A stretch of DNA of 64,000 nucleotides. Origin: the human T2T-CHM13v2.0 reference genome, Homo sapiens. The stretch's first letter is position 1, and each line of letters begins with the position of its first letter. Of this stretch, positions 31,190-45,371 are shown piece after piece. The notes beneath the pieces were generated by a model. That model had not been told where the DNA came from and ran no database searches. It saw only the letters and a list, made by a program, of their open reading frames with translations. The DNA lies in NCBI RefSeq assembly GCF_009914755.1, contig NC_060935.1, one strand, 5' to 3'. The position numbers were made by a program, and so were the translations under genes.

Positions 31190-32300
31190 AATTTTACAAT
31201 TAATGGTATATAATTGTAAGAGCATTGTTAAAATATAATGTAGTCAAATTCAGAAGTTTTAAGTGTACAATTAATTCAATGAGTTTTGACAAATATTCAT
31301 AGTTATACAACCACTACCACAATCAAGATATATAACATTTCCATCACTTGAAATCACCCCTTTGCAACCGATCCCCTTCCACATTCCTCAGTCTAGTAGC
31401 CACCAATCTTCTTTCTGCCTCTATAATTTTACCATAATTAATCCATTAATCTCATACCAACAGTTCGTTCCTTGTTTAAATCATTTTATGATGTTAAATT
31501 GGGTGAATAAAGAACACTTTGTGTTTTCATTCACCAGATTTTACTAAATAAATCTCATATGAACATTTGAGAACAATTCTTTACATGGATATGTTTTGCA
31601 TGACCAAAAGTCTAGGCACCCCATGGTTCAGTCAAGTCAATACATAAAATTAATCATTACACCTATGTTAAGTATCAATTTACCATATATATGTTTGTAT
31701 ATTTCTAGACCCTATATTCTGTTCTACTGGATATGTCTATTCTTACACAAATACCACACTTAACCATTTTAGTTTTATAATTAATTTAAAAATCAGATAA
31801 TGCAAGTCTTTTGACTCTGTTCTTTTTCAAAATTATTTTGGCTGACCTCGATCCTTGCATTTTCATATAAATTTTACATCAGCTTTTTAATTTCCACCAA
31901 AAGAAGGCCTTGTGAATGGGACTCCACTAAATTCACAGACAGACTTTGAAAATATTAACTGCTTAATTATATGGAGTCTTCCTTCCTATAGATGAAATGG
32001 TTTATCTCTCCATTTATTTTGTTCTTTCATTCTACGGTGATTTATTGTTTCAAAGTACAGGTCTTAAACATATTTAGTTAAACTTATTTTAAGCATTTTA
32101 CACTTTTGATGCTAATGTAAAATGTAGGTTTCTTAAAATGTCAATTTTCAATTGTTCATTGCTACCATATAATATACAATTTAAACAGTTATTATTGTAC
32201 CTAGGGGCATTGTGTCTTGCTAAACTCATTTATTAGTTTTAGCAGCTTTTATTTTAGTTTATTTTGGATAGTCTACAAATGTGATTCCAAACATAGTTTA
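31190..32300 (-). mobile_element. Ancient L1ME-like fragments
   Basis: CAACCACTACCACAATCAAGATATATAACATTTCCATCAC; TTTTCATATAAATTTTA...; highly diverged. Confidence 0.7.
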
Positions 32301-33662
32301 TAAGTAAGAAATGACATGAGAAATATTTAAAAATGGAGAGAAAATTCTCTGAAAATGTTTTTCTGAAGTACCAAAAAAGAATAGTTATTTTCTTAAAATT
32401 GGATGGATATCCTATTGTGTAAGAGAAACCTTCGAATGACATTTATTGAGACAAGACAGAAAAAGTGAAGTTCATCTTAGTGTTGTAAAAAGCAATGAAT
32501 TTAATTTATGGTGTGTAAGAATTGAAGGTATAGACATTTTACAATAAATATCTTAGGGGTAGAAAATTCTAATTTTCCAAATGTTAATTTTTTCAAACAA
32601 AGTATTATTTGTAGATACCTATTTACCAAAATGTATACCTTCTTTCTTCTACAGATAGTTTGTGTTTACCATAGCCTGATAAATATGTTTAAAGTTAGGT
32701 ATTTCTAGTCAAAATCAAAATAATAACACAGACTATTTTCATAACAGTTTCAGTAGAGGACCAAAGAAAATTTTATTTTCACAAATACTTTTTGCAATAT
32801 TTATAAGTACATTGCCTATAGTCTCACTGTGCCTACCTCCATTTTCTTAAATTCTTTGACAATCTGATATTTTTATTGATACTTATTGTTTTATTTTATT
32901 TATTCATCTATGTATTACTCAAACATTTATACTGGAATGAAAAACTTCAAAAATATGTTAAACAAATTGGTTAATTAAAATTTTAAAAATTATATGAGGA
33001 CAATTGTGCATCCAAAATGCTTATTTCTACTAATGGCAAGAAATATGTCATTGATAAATATCAATATAATTGACAATTTTTATTAAATTTTTGTTTGGTG
33101 TTGAGGTCTATCTGAACTTCCCCCAACTGATAAAAGATGACTATAATAAAATCTTTGTACAGGAATATTTTGACAATTCAATTGATATATTCCACTGATG
33201 AATTAATAAGATGGTAATAAATATAACTGTGAGATTTACCCAGAGTAAAAAAATATCCAAGGAGTCCACAGGATCCTTAATGAGGGAGTAGAGCCATAAT
33301 CCCTAGGGACTATAGAGATTGAGAGAGTAAATCTAAAAACAAAAATTAATATTAATAATGGATTTGAGGGGTGCCTCTTTGGGTACCCATGTATCATATT
33401 TCATTGCAGCTGGTCATTGTGATGTATGATAAGTTGAATTTTGACTCAATGTCTTTTACCAGGTTTTAGAGAGATATCAATTATCTTAAAACCACTGGAA
33501 AGATTCCTTTTTACATATAGACTCATGCTGAGTTCTAAAATCCCAGAGAAGAGTAGAGTACACAGAGGTCTAAACATAGCGACAAGGGCAGTGCTAGTAG
33601 ATAAGTTTTAATCTCTCCAAAACTTTGTGATTAAAGTGTTTGGGATTCTTTACCCTTGCCCC

Positions 33663-34114
33663 TGTCAACCTGAGTAACAATGGAGAAAATTGCTTTATTA
33701 AAAAATGGAGTTTGTTTGGGAATGAATCACGGATTGTAATCAGAGAATATGTGTGCCATGGCAGCCCATGGAGGGGTATGAGTATACCCAGAAAAGTAAA
33801 GTTAGGGTTTTTAAAGGCAAAATAAGGAAAGCTATACAAAATAAGGGTTGTTTTGAAATAATTATTCATAGCTGCAAGGATAAATAACAAGGATGGCATT
33901 GGTCCAAGGTTGAATAGGAAGTTGTTGGGCAGAAGTCCTCCTAGAAGTGTTCTTTGTTTAAAGTTCAGGTGGTCCTTCTGCAAGGTTGTGGTTTACAGTG
34001 AGTCTTTGTAATTGCATTTATCAAAGGTGCATGACAGTCCCTCTTTTCTGGTCCTGATTACTTTTGCTAGGATTTTGCATAAGTGACTCCATTTTTATTC
34101 TGACAGCTTTCACA
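33663..34114 (-). mobile_element. ERV1-class solo LTR (MER31/MER34-like; family uncertain)
   Basis: Reverse complement starts TGTGAAAGCTGTCAGAATAAAAATGGAGTCACTT, has AATAAA near its end, and ends in CA. Confidence 0.65.
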
Positions 34115-34259
34115 CTACCGTGTGACAATTGTTAGGTTTAGTTTTACTGATCTCCTCTCTCATTTAGCACTCCCCTCATTATGATATGTGTTTTTATTTT
34201 GTGTGTGTGTATGTGTGTGTGTGCACATGTGATTTTCCTGTTAGGGCAAGCAATACTCA

Positions 34260-34740
34260 TGTGTCTCAGTTAGCTATTGCTAAAATGGTGTTGCTAACAA
34301 ACCACCACAAGACACATTGGTTTAAAACAAAATTGATTTATCTTTATAAGCATGCAGGTCAGTTGGGGCAGCTCTGTTCAGCTCAGAGGAGCTCACTCAT
34401 GGTTTCTGCAGGTCAGCTGGTGCAGGGGTGGGATGGTGGGGTGAAGTGAATGGCTTTCTGATCTGCGTTAGTTTCAGCTGGGAGGCTTTGCTTCAAGCAT
34501 CTGACCTGAAGGTGGTCCTCTTATGTCTCTAATACTCTTTTGCACCAGTGGCCAGTGGGGAAGGTTATTATCATGGTAATTGCGGAAGTATAAGACTGCA
34601 GGTGGAAACATTCAAGGGTTTTCAACGCCTACATTCAGAACTAGCACATTGTTATATCTGCCTCTTTGCACTGACCAACCCAAGGCATTGGCCAAGTCCA
34701 AAGCTACTAATCATGCAAGTACTCTTTGCCTTTGGTTAGA
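34260..34740 (-). mobile_element. Old MLT1-type MaLR LTR
   Basis: TCAGTTAGCTATTGCT...TAACAAACCACCACAA...GGTTTAAAACAA. Confidence 0.6.
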
Positions 34741-36963
34741 CCTTGGCAAGGGTTTTACTCCGTAACTTCCTTCTCAAATCCACCCTGCTAGGTCTCAGTT
34801 TTTGCCAGCTATAAAGTGGGAGAATTAAGCTGGGTGGACTGAAGAGTCATTTGATTGTTATGATTTTAATTAATCAGATATAAAAGAGCATAATTTAGTT
34901 ATGCTATTTTGCTGACCTGCACTAATATCAAAAGCACTATTTACCAAAGAGTAAATTAGGAAGAAAATAAATTATTAAAATATTTTGATCATCAGTTTAT
35001 TTCAGTCTACTGCTGCAATCTTTCTTTATATTTTTGTTTAATAATTAACAAATAAGACATGACATACCTGTGCTGCACCTGCCACGGATGTCTCCATTGT
35101 GTGCAGCTGGAACATATTGTTCATTCAGCTGCTCTATGCAACTGCCAAGAATAAAAGGACATATAGGGACAGAAATGATTCTCTTTGACTCTAAGTATGG
35201 TTTATGCCTTTCATTTTGCCTTCTATCTCCAAACACGAGTATGTTTCACAGCTGGAATATGGTTTTTCTACAGAAAGAATATGTTGAAACCTCTATCCTA
35301 TGGCTCCTGCCATCTGTACTTTATCCTTCTCTACCAAAAGCGTTCATGTGAGGCTGCCTTTTTGGTTTTGTCCAGTTAGAAACTCTGATATGACATTCTG
35401 GTATTCATAAGTTTTCTTTTATTGTATTTTAAAAAATGGTTTTAGTTGTTGATATCTGCGAGTGTTATAAATCAGGAGAACAAAAACCAAAAATACATAG
35501 AGAGAATGAGATAAAAGTGAAACAATTAGGAGGGAGAGAGCCAGTTTTATTCCCTTAGGAGCAAGTGAACCTGGAAAATGTAAGAAACTGATCGTCAGTT
35601 TCCTTTTCCAAATAAAATAAAATAAAATAAAGAATATAATACCTACCTCAGACAGTGGTTGTTCAGGAAAATTGATATGAAGAATGGAAAGGTCACAATG
35701 GAAGCTCGATAATTATTCATTTCCTTTCTTTTGTGAGGGGTCATCACTAACACAACTGGACAATACTTAGCCCCATTTAGCTTTAGCTTCTGACCTAATG
35801 GGTCTCTAGACCAGTGACCTAAAGTAACCCAAGCTCAGACGTCTCACCAGGTAGTATAGAATCACATGCTGGACTAGGGCTGCTTCCATTTTAGACCTAA
35901 AATGGCTCTTAAAGCTTTATGATTTCTTGATTTGCCTAACAAGTACAAGCTCTGGGAATATAAATTACTAAAGCATAATAACTAGAGTCATAAAGATAAA
36001 CTATTTTATCAGCTACAGGACTAATAGAGAGAGAGAGAGAAAAAACATAATAACTGAGTGTAACTGGACATTTAGACAATGGACATTCAGACAGAATACT
36101 GGGTTATCAGAGTCTTTATTCATGAATGTATGCATATATTTAATTGCAGTCTTCTGTTCTGGATTTTAGTCTTTTTATTTCACAAAGTTTGACTAATCTT
36201 TGTATATCAGTTATCACTTTCACATGTATAAGACACTCTTCACAAACCTCTGGGAATGAATTTTCTTCATTCTTTCTCTTAATTTATAGTATGTTGAGAT
36301 AGAGCTCGAATAAAAGTAGCTAAAATTGTGTTTTATCCATTCATTCATTTAGGCTACTTAGTGTTTCATGGCTTTATTTTGCTGTCAGATGTGCTATCGC
36401 ATATATATTATCATGGGCAAATATTTCTTTAAGTCAATTTTGTATATAATAAATTGCATTATTTAAATCTATTTACTTTTTTACTAAAAATTTCTGTCTT
36501 GTCTGTGGGTCTCCTAAGACACTCTTTGTTAAAGATTTATTTAAAGGTAAACTGCTATAGTGATCATAATTATCTTAGTAGAGAATAACCTCCTGTGTGC
36601 AGGTTTATAAATTATTCACCTATATATATTCTAAATGGAAGCACTTTCTTTTATGATTGAGGAAAGAAATATAGCAAATTGAAGACTACTGCAAAACAGA
36701 GAGAAACCCTTTCATAACTTTGCTATCCTGATGACATTAATTTTCACTCACAGATGAAAGTTGATTTCTAATCCACATGCCTATGCATTTGATAGTTGTA
36801 GTCATTATTTCCACACCATTTCTGATTTTGAAATCATATTTCTAATTTTGAAGCCATATTATAAGCAGCTCTACTATATCTTGAAAGAGTACATAATTAT
36901 TCATGCTTATGTCGTATTTTTTGATATAGTTTAGCAAATGTTTTTTACTGAGCATATATTTGA

Positions 36964-37264
<301 letters not shown>

Positions 37265-37461
37265 TAATTTTCTTCATTCATTCTTTCTTTTCTGTTTTTT
37301 TCTTTCTTCCTTCTTTTTCTCCTTCCTTCCTTTTATGTATTTACAGTTCTACTATTATAAGTGATTTGCAAATGAAATACTTTTACTTTTTTGTTATACT
37401 TCTGTAAATTATTCCCATATGAAGTATTCTTGAGAGTGGAATTACAGCTTCAAAGAGTTTG

Positions 37462-37699
37462 CTAAGAGATTAGATCTGAAGTATTTTTACCACCAAATAA
37501 ATAAATAAATGTAACTGTGAAAGATGAGGGATGTGCTAATTAGCTTTACTGTGGTAATCATTTCACTATATATATATATATATATATGTATGTATACACA
37601 TACACATATATATGTATTTCTAATAATCACATAATATACCTTATACACCTTACATAAATACATTTATTTTGCCAGTTACACCTCAATAAAGCTGGGAAG
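37462..37699 (+). mobile_element. Short L1MA/L1MB 3' end with internal (TA)n
   Basis: GGTAATCATTTCAC, CCTCAATAAAGCTG; perfect 10-bp TSD AAAGAGTTTG at 37452 and 37700. Confidence 0.8.
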
Positions 37700-38160
37700 A
37701 AAGAGTTTGAATGCCCACATGATGGTTTCTTTATTCTGCCATATTGTTCTCTCACTTGACAATAGTGCTTTAAAAAGTTTTGAATTTGAAGAGGCCAATA
37801 AATATACAAAAATACTCTTGAATTTTTTATATAATGTGTAAATCCAACCCACATGTAAATGTATGAGAAAGGTACAAAAATGCTTGCCTTTGTATCTGAA
37901 TATTATTTCAATTTTTGCATTATCATTTGGTATTATATTATTGTTTATATTAACAGCTGGAAAAATATTTAAGCCCTGGAGCCATTTGCAATGGTTATCT
38001 TTTATTTTTTGTGAACTGATTTACCGATTTGGAAAAAAAATCCTTAGTCTAAAATTGTGCTTTCAATACTCTACTACCTACAAAGACTATATTCTCTTCA
38101 AAGATCTTTATTTTTATAGACTATGTTATAATGAAATTGACTCTTTTTTGTGTATAGTTC

Positions 38161-38874
38161 TGTAATGCCTAAGATTCTTGCCTGGCCATGCCAAAGAATT
38201 GGTGTGGCAGCTGATCACGATGAGTGATAGAGACATGGACAGAGTGCAAGAAAAAGTTGTAGGCTTTATTGAGCAGAGTGAAAGTACAAAGCTTCCACAG
38301 CATGGAAGGGGTCCTGAATGGGTAGCCACTGTTGGTTTTGGGTGATTGCCTTTTAAACTCTTTAAGGCAGGAAATACGTGTGGCAGGAAGATGTTACCAG
38401 AGCGAGAAACAAAGGCAGTAAATTATTTTGTGACATGTCTTAGATTTTGAGGAAAACCGGAATTGCAACTTAGGTTTTATCTACTTTCTGACCTTGCAGC
38501 GGCATGGCAAAGGAGACAGGATCTTACAGGACCTTACAAAGTATGTTTACAAGGAATTGGAATTGGGAGTATAGATAAGGTCTGCTGGTTACAGAAAAAC
38601 GGGTAGTTAACATTTCTTTTACTTTAGTTTCGGTGAGGGGAAAGGGAGAGAGGGAGAGAGGACACAGGGAAACTTACAGTAAAATTTTCGCTGTTTATAG
38701 CTTTCTTGGGGAAGAAAACACATGCAGAAATCCTGGTGTTAGGAATATTTTAAGCATATATCTTCAATATTATTCATCCAGGACTGAAGTAAGTCCTGAA
38801 GTAGGAAATGAGTGCGTTTCACAGCTTTCTGAGCCCCTGCAGGACCCAGGAGGCCCAGCTGGTACCTCCTCTCA
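38161..38874 (-). mobile_element. ERV1 solo LTR (LTR25-like; family call tentative)
   Basis: TG...CA termini; perfect 4-bp TSD GTTC (38157-38160 and 38875-38878); reverse complement starts TGAGAGGAGGTACCAGCTGGGC; interrupts an old L1M 3' end. Confidence 0.85.
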
Positions 38875-39140
38875 GTTCTATGGCTTTCAACACATATATA
38901 GATCTGAGTAGCCAACACCACGATTGAAATAGAGAAAAATTTCATCACCTCTCCAAATTCCCTTTTGCAATACCTTTCCAAGTACACCCTCCTTCCAATT
39001 TTAACTTCTGATAATGACTGAGGGGTTCTCTAGCACTATAGTTTTGTTATTGCCAAAAAAATTATATAAATGAAACCATCTATTATGTAATCTTTAAGAC
39101 CGGCTTCTTTTCTTAAACAATATTTTACTTCACTTTGCTT

Positions 39141-39292
39141 TCTTTTTATTTTATTTTAGAGACAGAGTCTTGCTCTGTTGCCCAGAATGGAATGCAGTAG
39201 CACAATCCTAACTAATCGTAACCTTGAACTCCTGGGTTCAAGCGATCCTCCTGCCTCAGCCTCCTCAGTATAGGACTACAGGCGTGCCCAGG
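39141..39292 (-). mobile_element. Alu monomer (FRAM/AluJ right arm)
   Basis: GAGACAGAGTCTTGCTCTGTTGCCCAG...CAAGCGATCCTCCTGCCTCAGCC. Confidence 0.85.
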
Positions 39293-39668
39293 TAAGGCTG
39301 GCTTCTTTTACTCTATTACGTTTTTTTTTTTAGTTTTGTCTGCTCATCATTTGTCTGTTTCCCCTTTCTATTTTCCTTTGGGTTATTTGAACACCTTTAA
39401 TATTTCATTTAATTTATTATTACTACTTTTGACATATATTTTTATATAATTTTATGGCATGTCTGTTGGCAACAACTTCTTCGTTTTCTTTCATTTAGCA
39501 ATGTTTTTATTTCATCTTCATTCTTGATGGATATTTTCACTGGATAAAGAATTCTGGACTGATAGCTTTTTTATTTCAGTGCTTTAAAAATGTTTTTCCA
39601 CTTCACTCTGGTTTCTACAATCTCTGATGAGAAATTCTCAGTCATTTGAATAGTTGTTTTCCTACAAG

Positions 39669-39887
39669 CAGGGTTTTTCAGCCTTAGCAGCACTGATATT
39701 TGGGGCCAGAAATTCTTGTGGGAGGCTTTCTTGTACAATGCAGGAAACTTAGAGGCATTCATTGCTTCTGCCCACTAGATGTCAGTAGCACCTATCCCCG
39801 GCCATCACAATAAAACATGTCTCTAGACTTTGCTAGATGTCCCTGGGTTGTTTCAGAAGGCAAAATCAGACCCGTTGAGAATCACTG
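39669..39887. mobile_element. MER20 hAT MITE
   Basis: CAGGGTTTTTCAGCCTTAGCAGCACTGATATTTGGGGCCAG...CCCACTAGATGTCAGTAGCACC...GTTGAGAATCACTG. Confidence 0.85.
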
Positions 39888-40415
39888 CTACAGAGGTAAT
39901 GTGTCCATTTTCTTTGGCTACTTTAAACATTATTTTTTCTTTTTAGTTTTTAGCAGTTTGATTGTGATGTGTCTGTATATAGATTATTTTGGTTTCTCTT
40001 GTTTGGGGTTACTGAGCTTTTTAAAATTTTTCTTGTTTCCTGTCAAACTTAGAAAATATTCGCACATTATTTAAAAGAAAAATTTTTTGCACATCGTATT
40101 TTCTTTTCTCATTCTGAGACCTCAATGCGTGTTAAAAGTTTTGTTACTATCTTGCAAGTTCCTGAATCTCTTTTTATTCTCACTTTTTTTTTTTTCTGTT
40201 GTTCAGATTGGATAATTTCTATTCATCTGTCTTCAAGCTCATAGGTTTTTTGCTCTGAAATCTGCATTCTGCCTTCAAGGCCATTCAGTGAGTTTTTACA
40301 TTTCAGTTATTGTATTTACTGTTTTAAAATTTTCATTTAGTTCTTTATATCTAAAATTTATTACTGATATTTTTAATGTATCCATTTATTTCAAGGGTTT
40401 GAAATCCTTAATTCC

Positions 40416-40718
<303 letters not shown>

Positions 40719-40937
40719 CTTGAAGTCCTTCATTCTTAGAGCATTTTTCTAAAGCAAATTTGAAGTCTTTTTCCTGATAATTCTAACATTTTGTCACCTA
40801 GACATTGGTTTCTGTTAATTGCCTTTTTCATGCGAGTCGTGATTTTCCTGGCTGTGGGTATGCTAAGTGATCTTGGCTTGTTTCTTGGAAATTTTAAACA
40901 TGATATGAAACTTGTTTTTTTTGTGATTTGTATGTAT

Positions 40938-41076
40938 TTTTTTTTTTCAATTTTTTCATAGAAATGGGATCTCCCTTTGTTGCCCAGGCTGCCCTCAAGC
41001 CCCTGGGCTCAAGGGATCCTCCTTTTGCAGCCTCTCAAAGTGCCAGTATTATATGCATGAGCCACTGTGCTTAGCT
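40938..41076 (-). mobile_element. FLAM (free left Alu monomer)
   Basis: GTTGCCCAGGCTG...CTGGGCTCAAGGGATCCTCC...ATGAGCCACTGTG. Confidence 0.8.
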
Positions 41077-44000
41077 TGGTATTTTTGTTTTAGTATACAA
41101 TTTACCCAGTTGTATTCAGGTCATACATTTTAACCTGCTTTTTGTGAGTTTTGGTTTCAGTGTCAGTTATGTTTTCAAAGCATTTGTAGTGCTACTCCTA
41201 TGTGTTCCATGTGTGCACCAGTAAATGGCTAGATGGGACTTTGGCACTTATCTATTCTTTAGTTTAGATCTTAATGTCTTTGATATGCTATTTAGTGTCA
41301 GATCTATACATGCACAGCTTACTACTTTATGAGGTTGCTTTCCTGAGCTCTTTCCTCTCTATGATCTCTCCAGCCCTTTCTGGTTCCCTTAGGTTTCTCT
41401 TATCTGTCCTCTGGCCAGAAAGCCAGGTTTTATTTATCTTCCTTTAGCTTCACACTTCCCATGAGTATGCCCTCATTCAAGACCAAGCAACAGGAAGACA
41501 GAGAACAAAAGGAAATAGGAGCTTGTCTCACCCTCTTGGGACCACTGCTCCTCTATTCCGAAGAGTTTATCTTTTCTCAGAGATTTAGTCCTGTGAGCCC
41601 CATTGTTTCAGGATTGCCTGAGGACTGATACAGGAGACAACAGAAAAACAAACAAATACACAAGGGATTCCCTATCCTCCACCCCTCAGCATTGCATTAT
41701 GAAACCCATTTGCAGCTACTAGAGCCAGAATCAGAAGGATCCTTGTGGAGCTCTCTCTATCCACATCACTATGCAGTTCCAAGTTTAAGGTTACATTGAA
41801 TCCAGGCTGGGATTCCAAGCCTGGGGGGATTGGGTGGTATACCAAATAGAAACACACACACCGCCACCCACCCCCCCAACACTCAAGTAAACTCACCTAT
41901 GATATGGCAGTACTTCAAATACTCATCTTCTTCCTGAGTCTGCCAACTATTGTTTGCTTTTCACTGTTGTCAAATGGCTGCATAATGCATTCTGTGCACA
42001 TTTTATAGTTGCAATAAGTAGGAAAGATAGAGTGGGATGCATTTACTCCATCTTACTTGAAACAGGAGCATATGTTATCTCAGTAATTTTGATGTAAGCA
42101 AACTTTCTGAAAAGGAGTTTTAGAATAGGCTTGTTAACTGAATACATACCTCCCAGATAAACTGTAATCTCCTGCCAGAGAGTAAAGCCCTTGGTGCTTT
42201 ATTGTTGTCCTTTATTTTTATTGTGGTGACTTCAGAATACCTAGACCTGTACTACCATTTTTTTACAGAGATTTTTGAGATGTAACAAATGAACTTAAAA
42301 ATCTCCTTTATTTACACTACTACCTCATTAACAGCTTGTTCATCTTTATCTCAAAATCAATGGCAAACAAATTTCATCTCAAGTTCTTCCAAGGTCATCT
42401 AGTTTTGGGTACCTAGAATGTGGGTCTGGGAAGAATACAGAGGATCCATAATGTTTATCAGGAAGGTGTGCCTGGATTGAATAGTGTGACACATCTTCCA
42501 TGTTTGATTAGTGTGACGCATCTTCCATGCAAAAAGGAGAGACATGTACATTCTGTGTACCTGACTACTTAGAGCTACATGTTTTCAGAGTAGTAAAAGT
42601 AAGCTGGTAAGCAATAATTAATGAGTTACTGGTACTTTGTAATCCCACTGAAGATAAAGTTTTGCTTGGTTAACACAGAAACCATGTCATAACACTGATT
42701 AGCAACAGTTTCTTTGTTTTACAAAAGTCTTGATAACTGACTCCATCCTTCTTAAAGCTTTAACCCAAATTTAAGTCTCACCAGCTTTTGTTCAAATGAA
42801 GCCACATTAACATTAGTGTCTAAATTATTACAGTTCTTATTCTAATGATTAACTTTAGGTAGTATTTTCCAATGAGAATTTTATAACCTCCTGACTGTAT
42901 TTAGAAAATCTGTGAGAACATTTGCCTAAATGATTGAAAGTGCCACAGGCATTATGTAGTTAGGGTTTAGGAATTCTAGAAGGCCAGCAGTGTGAGAGAC
43001 AGACACAAACAAAAGAGAATATTATTTTGGCAGAATTCTAATACAAAGTTATAATATACAGATATTCTTAGATTAGGGCAAGAGGTGTTTATGTGTCAGA
43101 ACTGTTGTAAATAATCCTGTCCAGGTCCCAGGGAAATACTTTTCTGTGTATGCTCTTGGAATAAAAGATGATGGCACATGTACAGTGAAGATACATGGCT
43201 TTTGCCACTGCTAATGTTAATAACACATTGTTTTAGAGGGCAAAGATGATTTGAGAGGCAGAAATGCTTGCTTAAGAGAAAAGACAGATTAATTAAACTG
43301 TCAAATTAGTTCTCTAAGACAGTCTGAATGCAAATGATTCTTACATACATAATTATGTCTTCACAATAATGCTGTGTTCATTACTTTTTTGCTTGTCTTT
43401 GTGTTCCAAAGTAATTATAATTACTCACAATCTAGCACACTATTTACATCCATTGTACATGGAAACTATGGGACATTTTATAACATTAAAGAATTCAGAT
43501 TGCTCTTAAATTTGTATATATGTAGGTATACAAACAATGCTTATGCAGTAGTGCATGTATTATTTACACTGGCAACAAGAAAATGAATAGAACTGTGAAT
43601 GGTTTTATTTTTAAACAATCTTTTGTAAGACATAGTTTAAATTAAAAAAATTCACCTTTACTCAGATAATTTTTGTGTAAAATTTAGATTCTAGTAATTA
43701 TAAATGGTATAGTTTTCTAATTTTGATAGTTAAACATTTTAGAAAAAATAAATTTTTATTCCATTTAGGCTTCTGTCTTTGTGATTTTCTTCTAAATTAC
43801 TGGCTTTTCAAGTAACTTATAAAAACATTATTATTATTATTGTATGTAATGTACTACTAATTTATATTTGTGGTGGGTCCTCCCAAATAAACAGGGATTC
43901 TAAGCAAGAACAACGTGCTAGTTGTGATCATGCAACTTCTCCTGTTTCCCCATCTCCCACCTCCAACTAGATTGACACCCGAAAGCCTCTCTAACAAAGA

Positions 44001-44756
44001 ACTTCTGAATAGACCCTGAACTATTCTGAGTTCCTGTAGTTGCTTCGCAAAGTGACAAATTGCCAGTAAAATTCTCATTTGAAATAGCCGATAAGAAAGG
44101 AAAACATTTACATTTAAGATTTCTTTGTGAGCTTTTGTTTTGTGAAAAGTTTAGAAATGGGTTTATGTATTCTTTGGGGGTTTGGGACGTTTAAGGTGAG
44201 AGAATTGAGGAAAGTCCACTATAATAAACATTTATTGAGTTCAGACACCCCATTGGTCATGGGAACACACAGAGGAATCAGATCAATTTCTTGCTTTTGA
44301 AGGTCATATAGTCTAAGATCATGTATCTTAAATTTTTTCTTCCTATTTTTTTTTCTGTAGAGAAAAGTAAATGTGCACACACAAGAGTTCTGGGAGCTGG
44401 TGGTTTAGGGAGGCTTAGGGAAACAGTATGGTTGGAGAAAGAGGCAAGAAGATTTTTTTTTTCCTTAGATTGTATGTTATAAAAAATAAATAAGAGTTTT
44501 CCAGTTATCTTTCGTCTATGATATCTCTTAAAGAGCAGCATTGATTATTTTCATTTTCTCTGGCTGGGGGTGGTGGAGAAAGGACATTATAAGAAGATCC
44601 CACATCCTGCTTAGGCATTCCTCAAGCCCACCATTTTCTGCAAATGTGATCTGACTTGCCTCATCAATGGCACCATAGGCCTTGAAGTCTAGAATGCTGA
44701 CTGAATAGATCATGCAGATGTTTTAATCTACTCTAACACACACCTTGTTTTCCTAG

Positions 44757-44801
44757 AAGGTTAATTGCTCTGAAATCTTCCAGAAAAATATTATACTTCA
44801 G
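44757..44801 (+). other. Candidate 45-nt internal exon of an unidentified + strand transcript
   Basis: CTCTAAC branch site plus CCTTGTTTTCCTAG| acceptor and CAG|GTATGT donor in non-repeat DNA. Confidence 0.4.
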
Positions 44802-45028
44802 GTATGTTCCATAGTTATTCTGTTGACTCATGCATAGTGTATTTTTTGCACTAGCTTGAGAAACTCAGCCATTGGATACCTGGTAATATGAAGGCTATTC
44901 AATAATATAAATAAATTTGAATTTACCTTTTCTTTCTTTATTAAACATATTGAAAAAGATACTTTTATTAAAGTCATTTTGATGTAAAAGTACCCCAGAC
45001 TATAATTTTTCTTTTATTAAAAATTGTG

Positions 45029-45153
45029 GGCCAGATGCAATGACTCATACCTGTAATCCCAGCACTTTGCAAGATTGAGAAGAGATGATTGCTTAAGCCC
45101 AGGTGGTTGAGACCAGCTTGGGCAACATATGGAGACCCCTGTCTCTACAAAAA

Positions 45154-45200
<47 letters not shown>

Positions 45201-45371
45201 GCAAGCTGGGTATGGTGGTGCACACCTGTTGTCCCAGCTACTTGGGAGGCTGAGGTGGGAGGATAATTAAGCCCAGGAGTTCAAGGTTATAGTGAGCTAT
45301 GATAATGTCACTGAACTGCAGCCTGAGTGACAGAGAGGGACTATATCTCTCAATAATAATAATGATAATAA
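45029..45371 (+). mobile_element. AluJ with (TAAA)n linker expansion and (AAT)n tail
   Basis: AGCCCAGGAGTTCAAGGTTATAGTGAGCTATGAT, an AluJ diagnostic. Confidence 0.9.

Noticed and set aside
32654-32698. Acceptor TCTTTCTTCTACAG with downstream TAG|GTATTT
   Set aside because: Weak donor; isolated acceptor-like motifs are common in AT-rich introns
33594-33983. 129-aa ORF
   Set aside because: Lies mostly within a solo LTR; no ATG start and no recognisable domain
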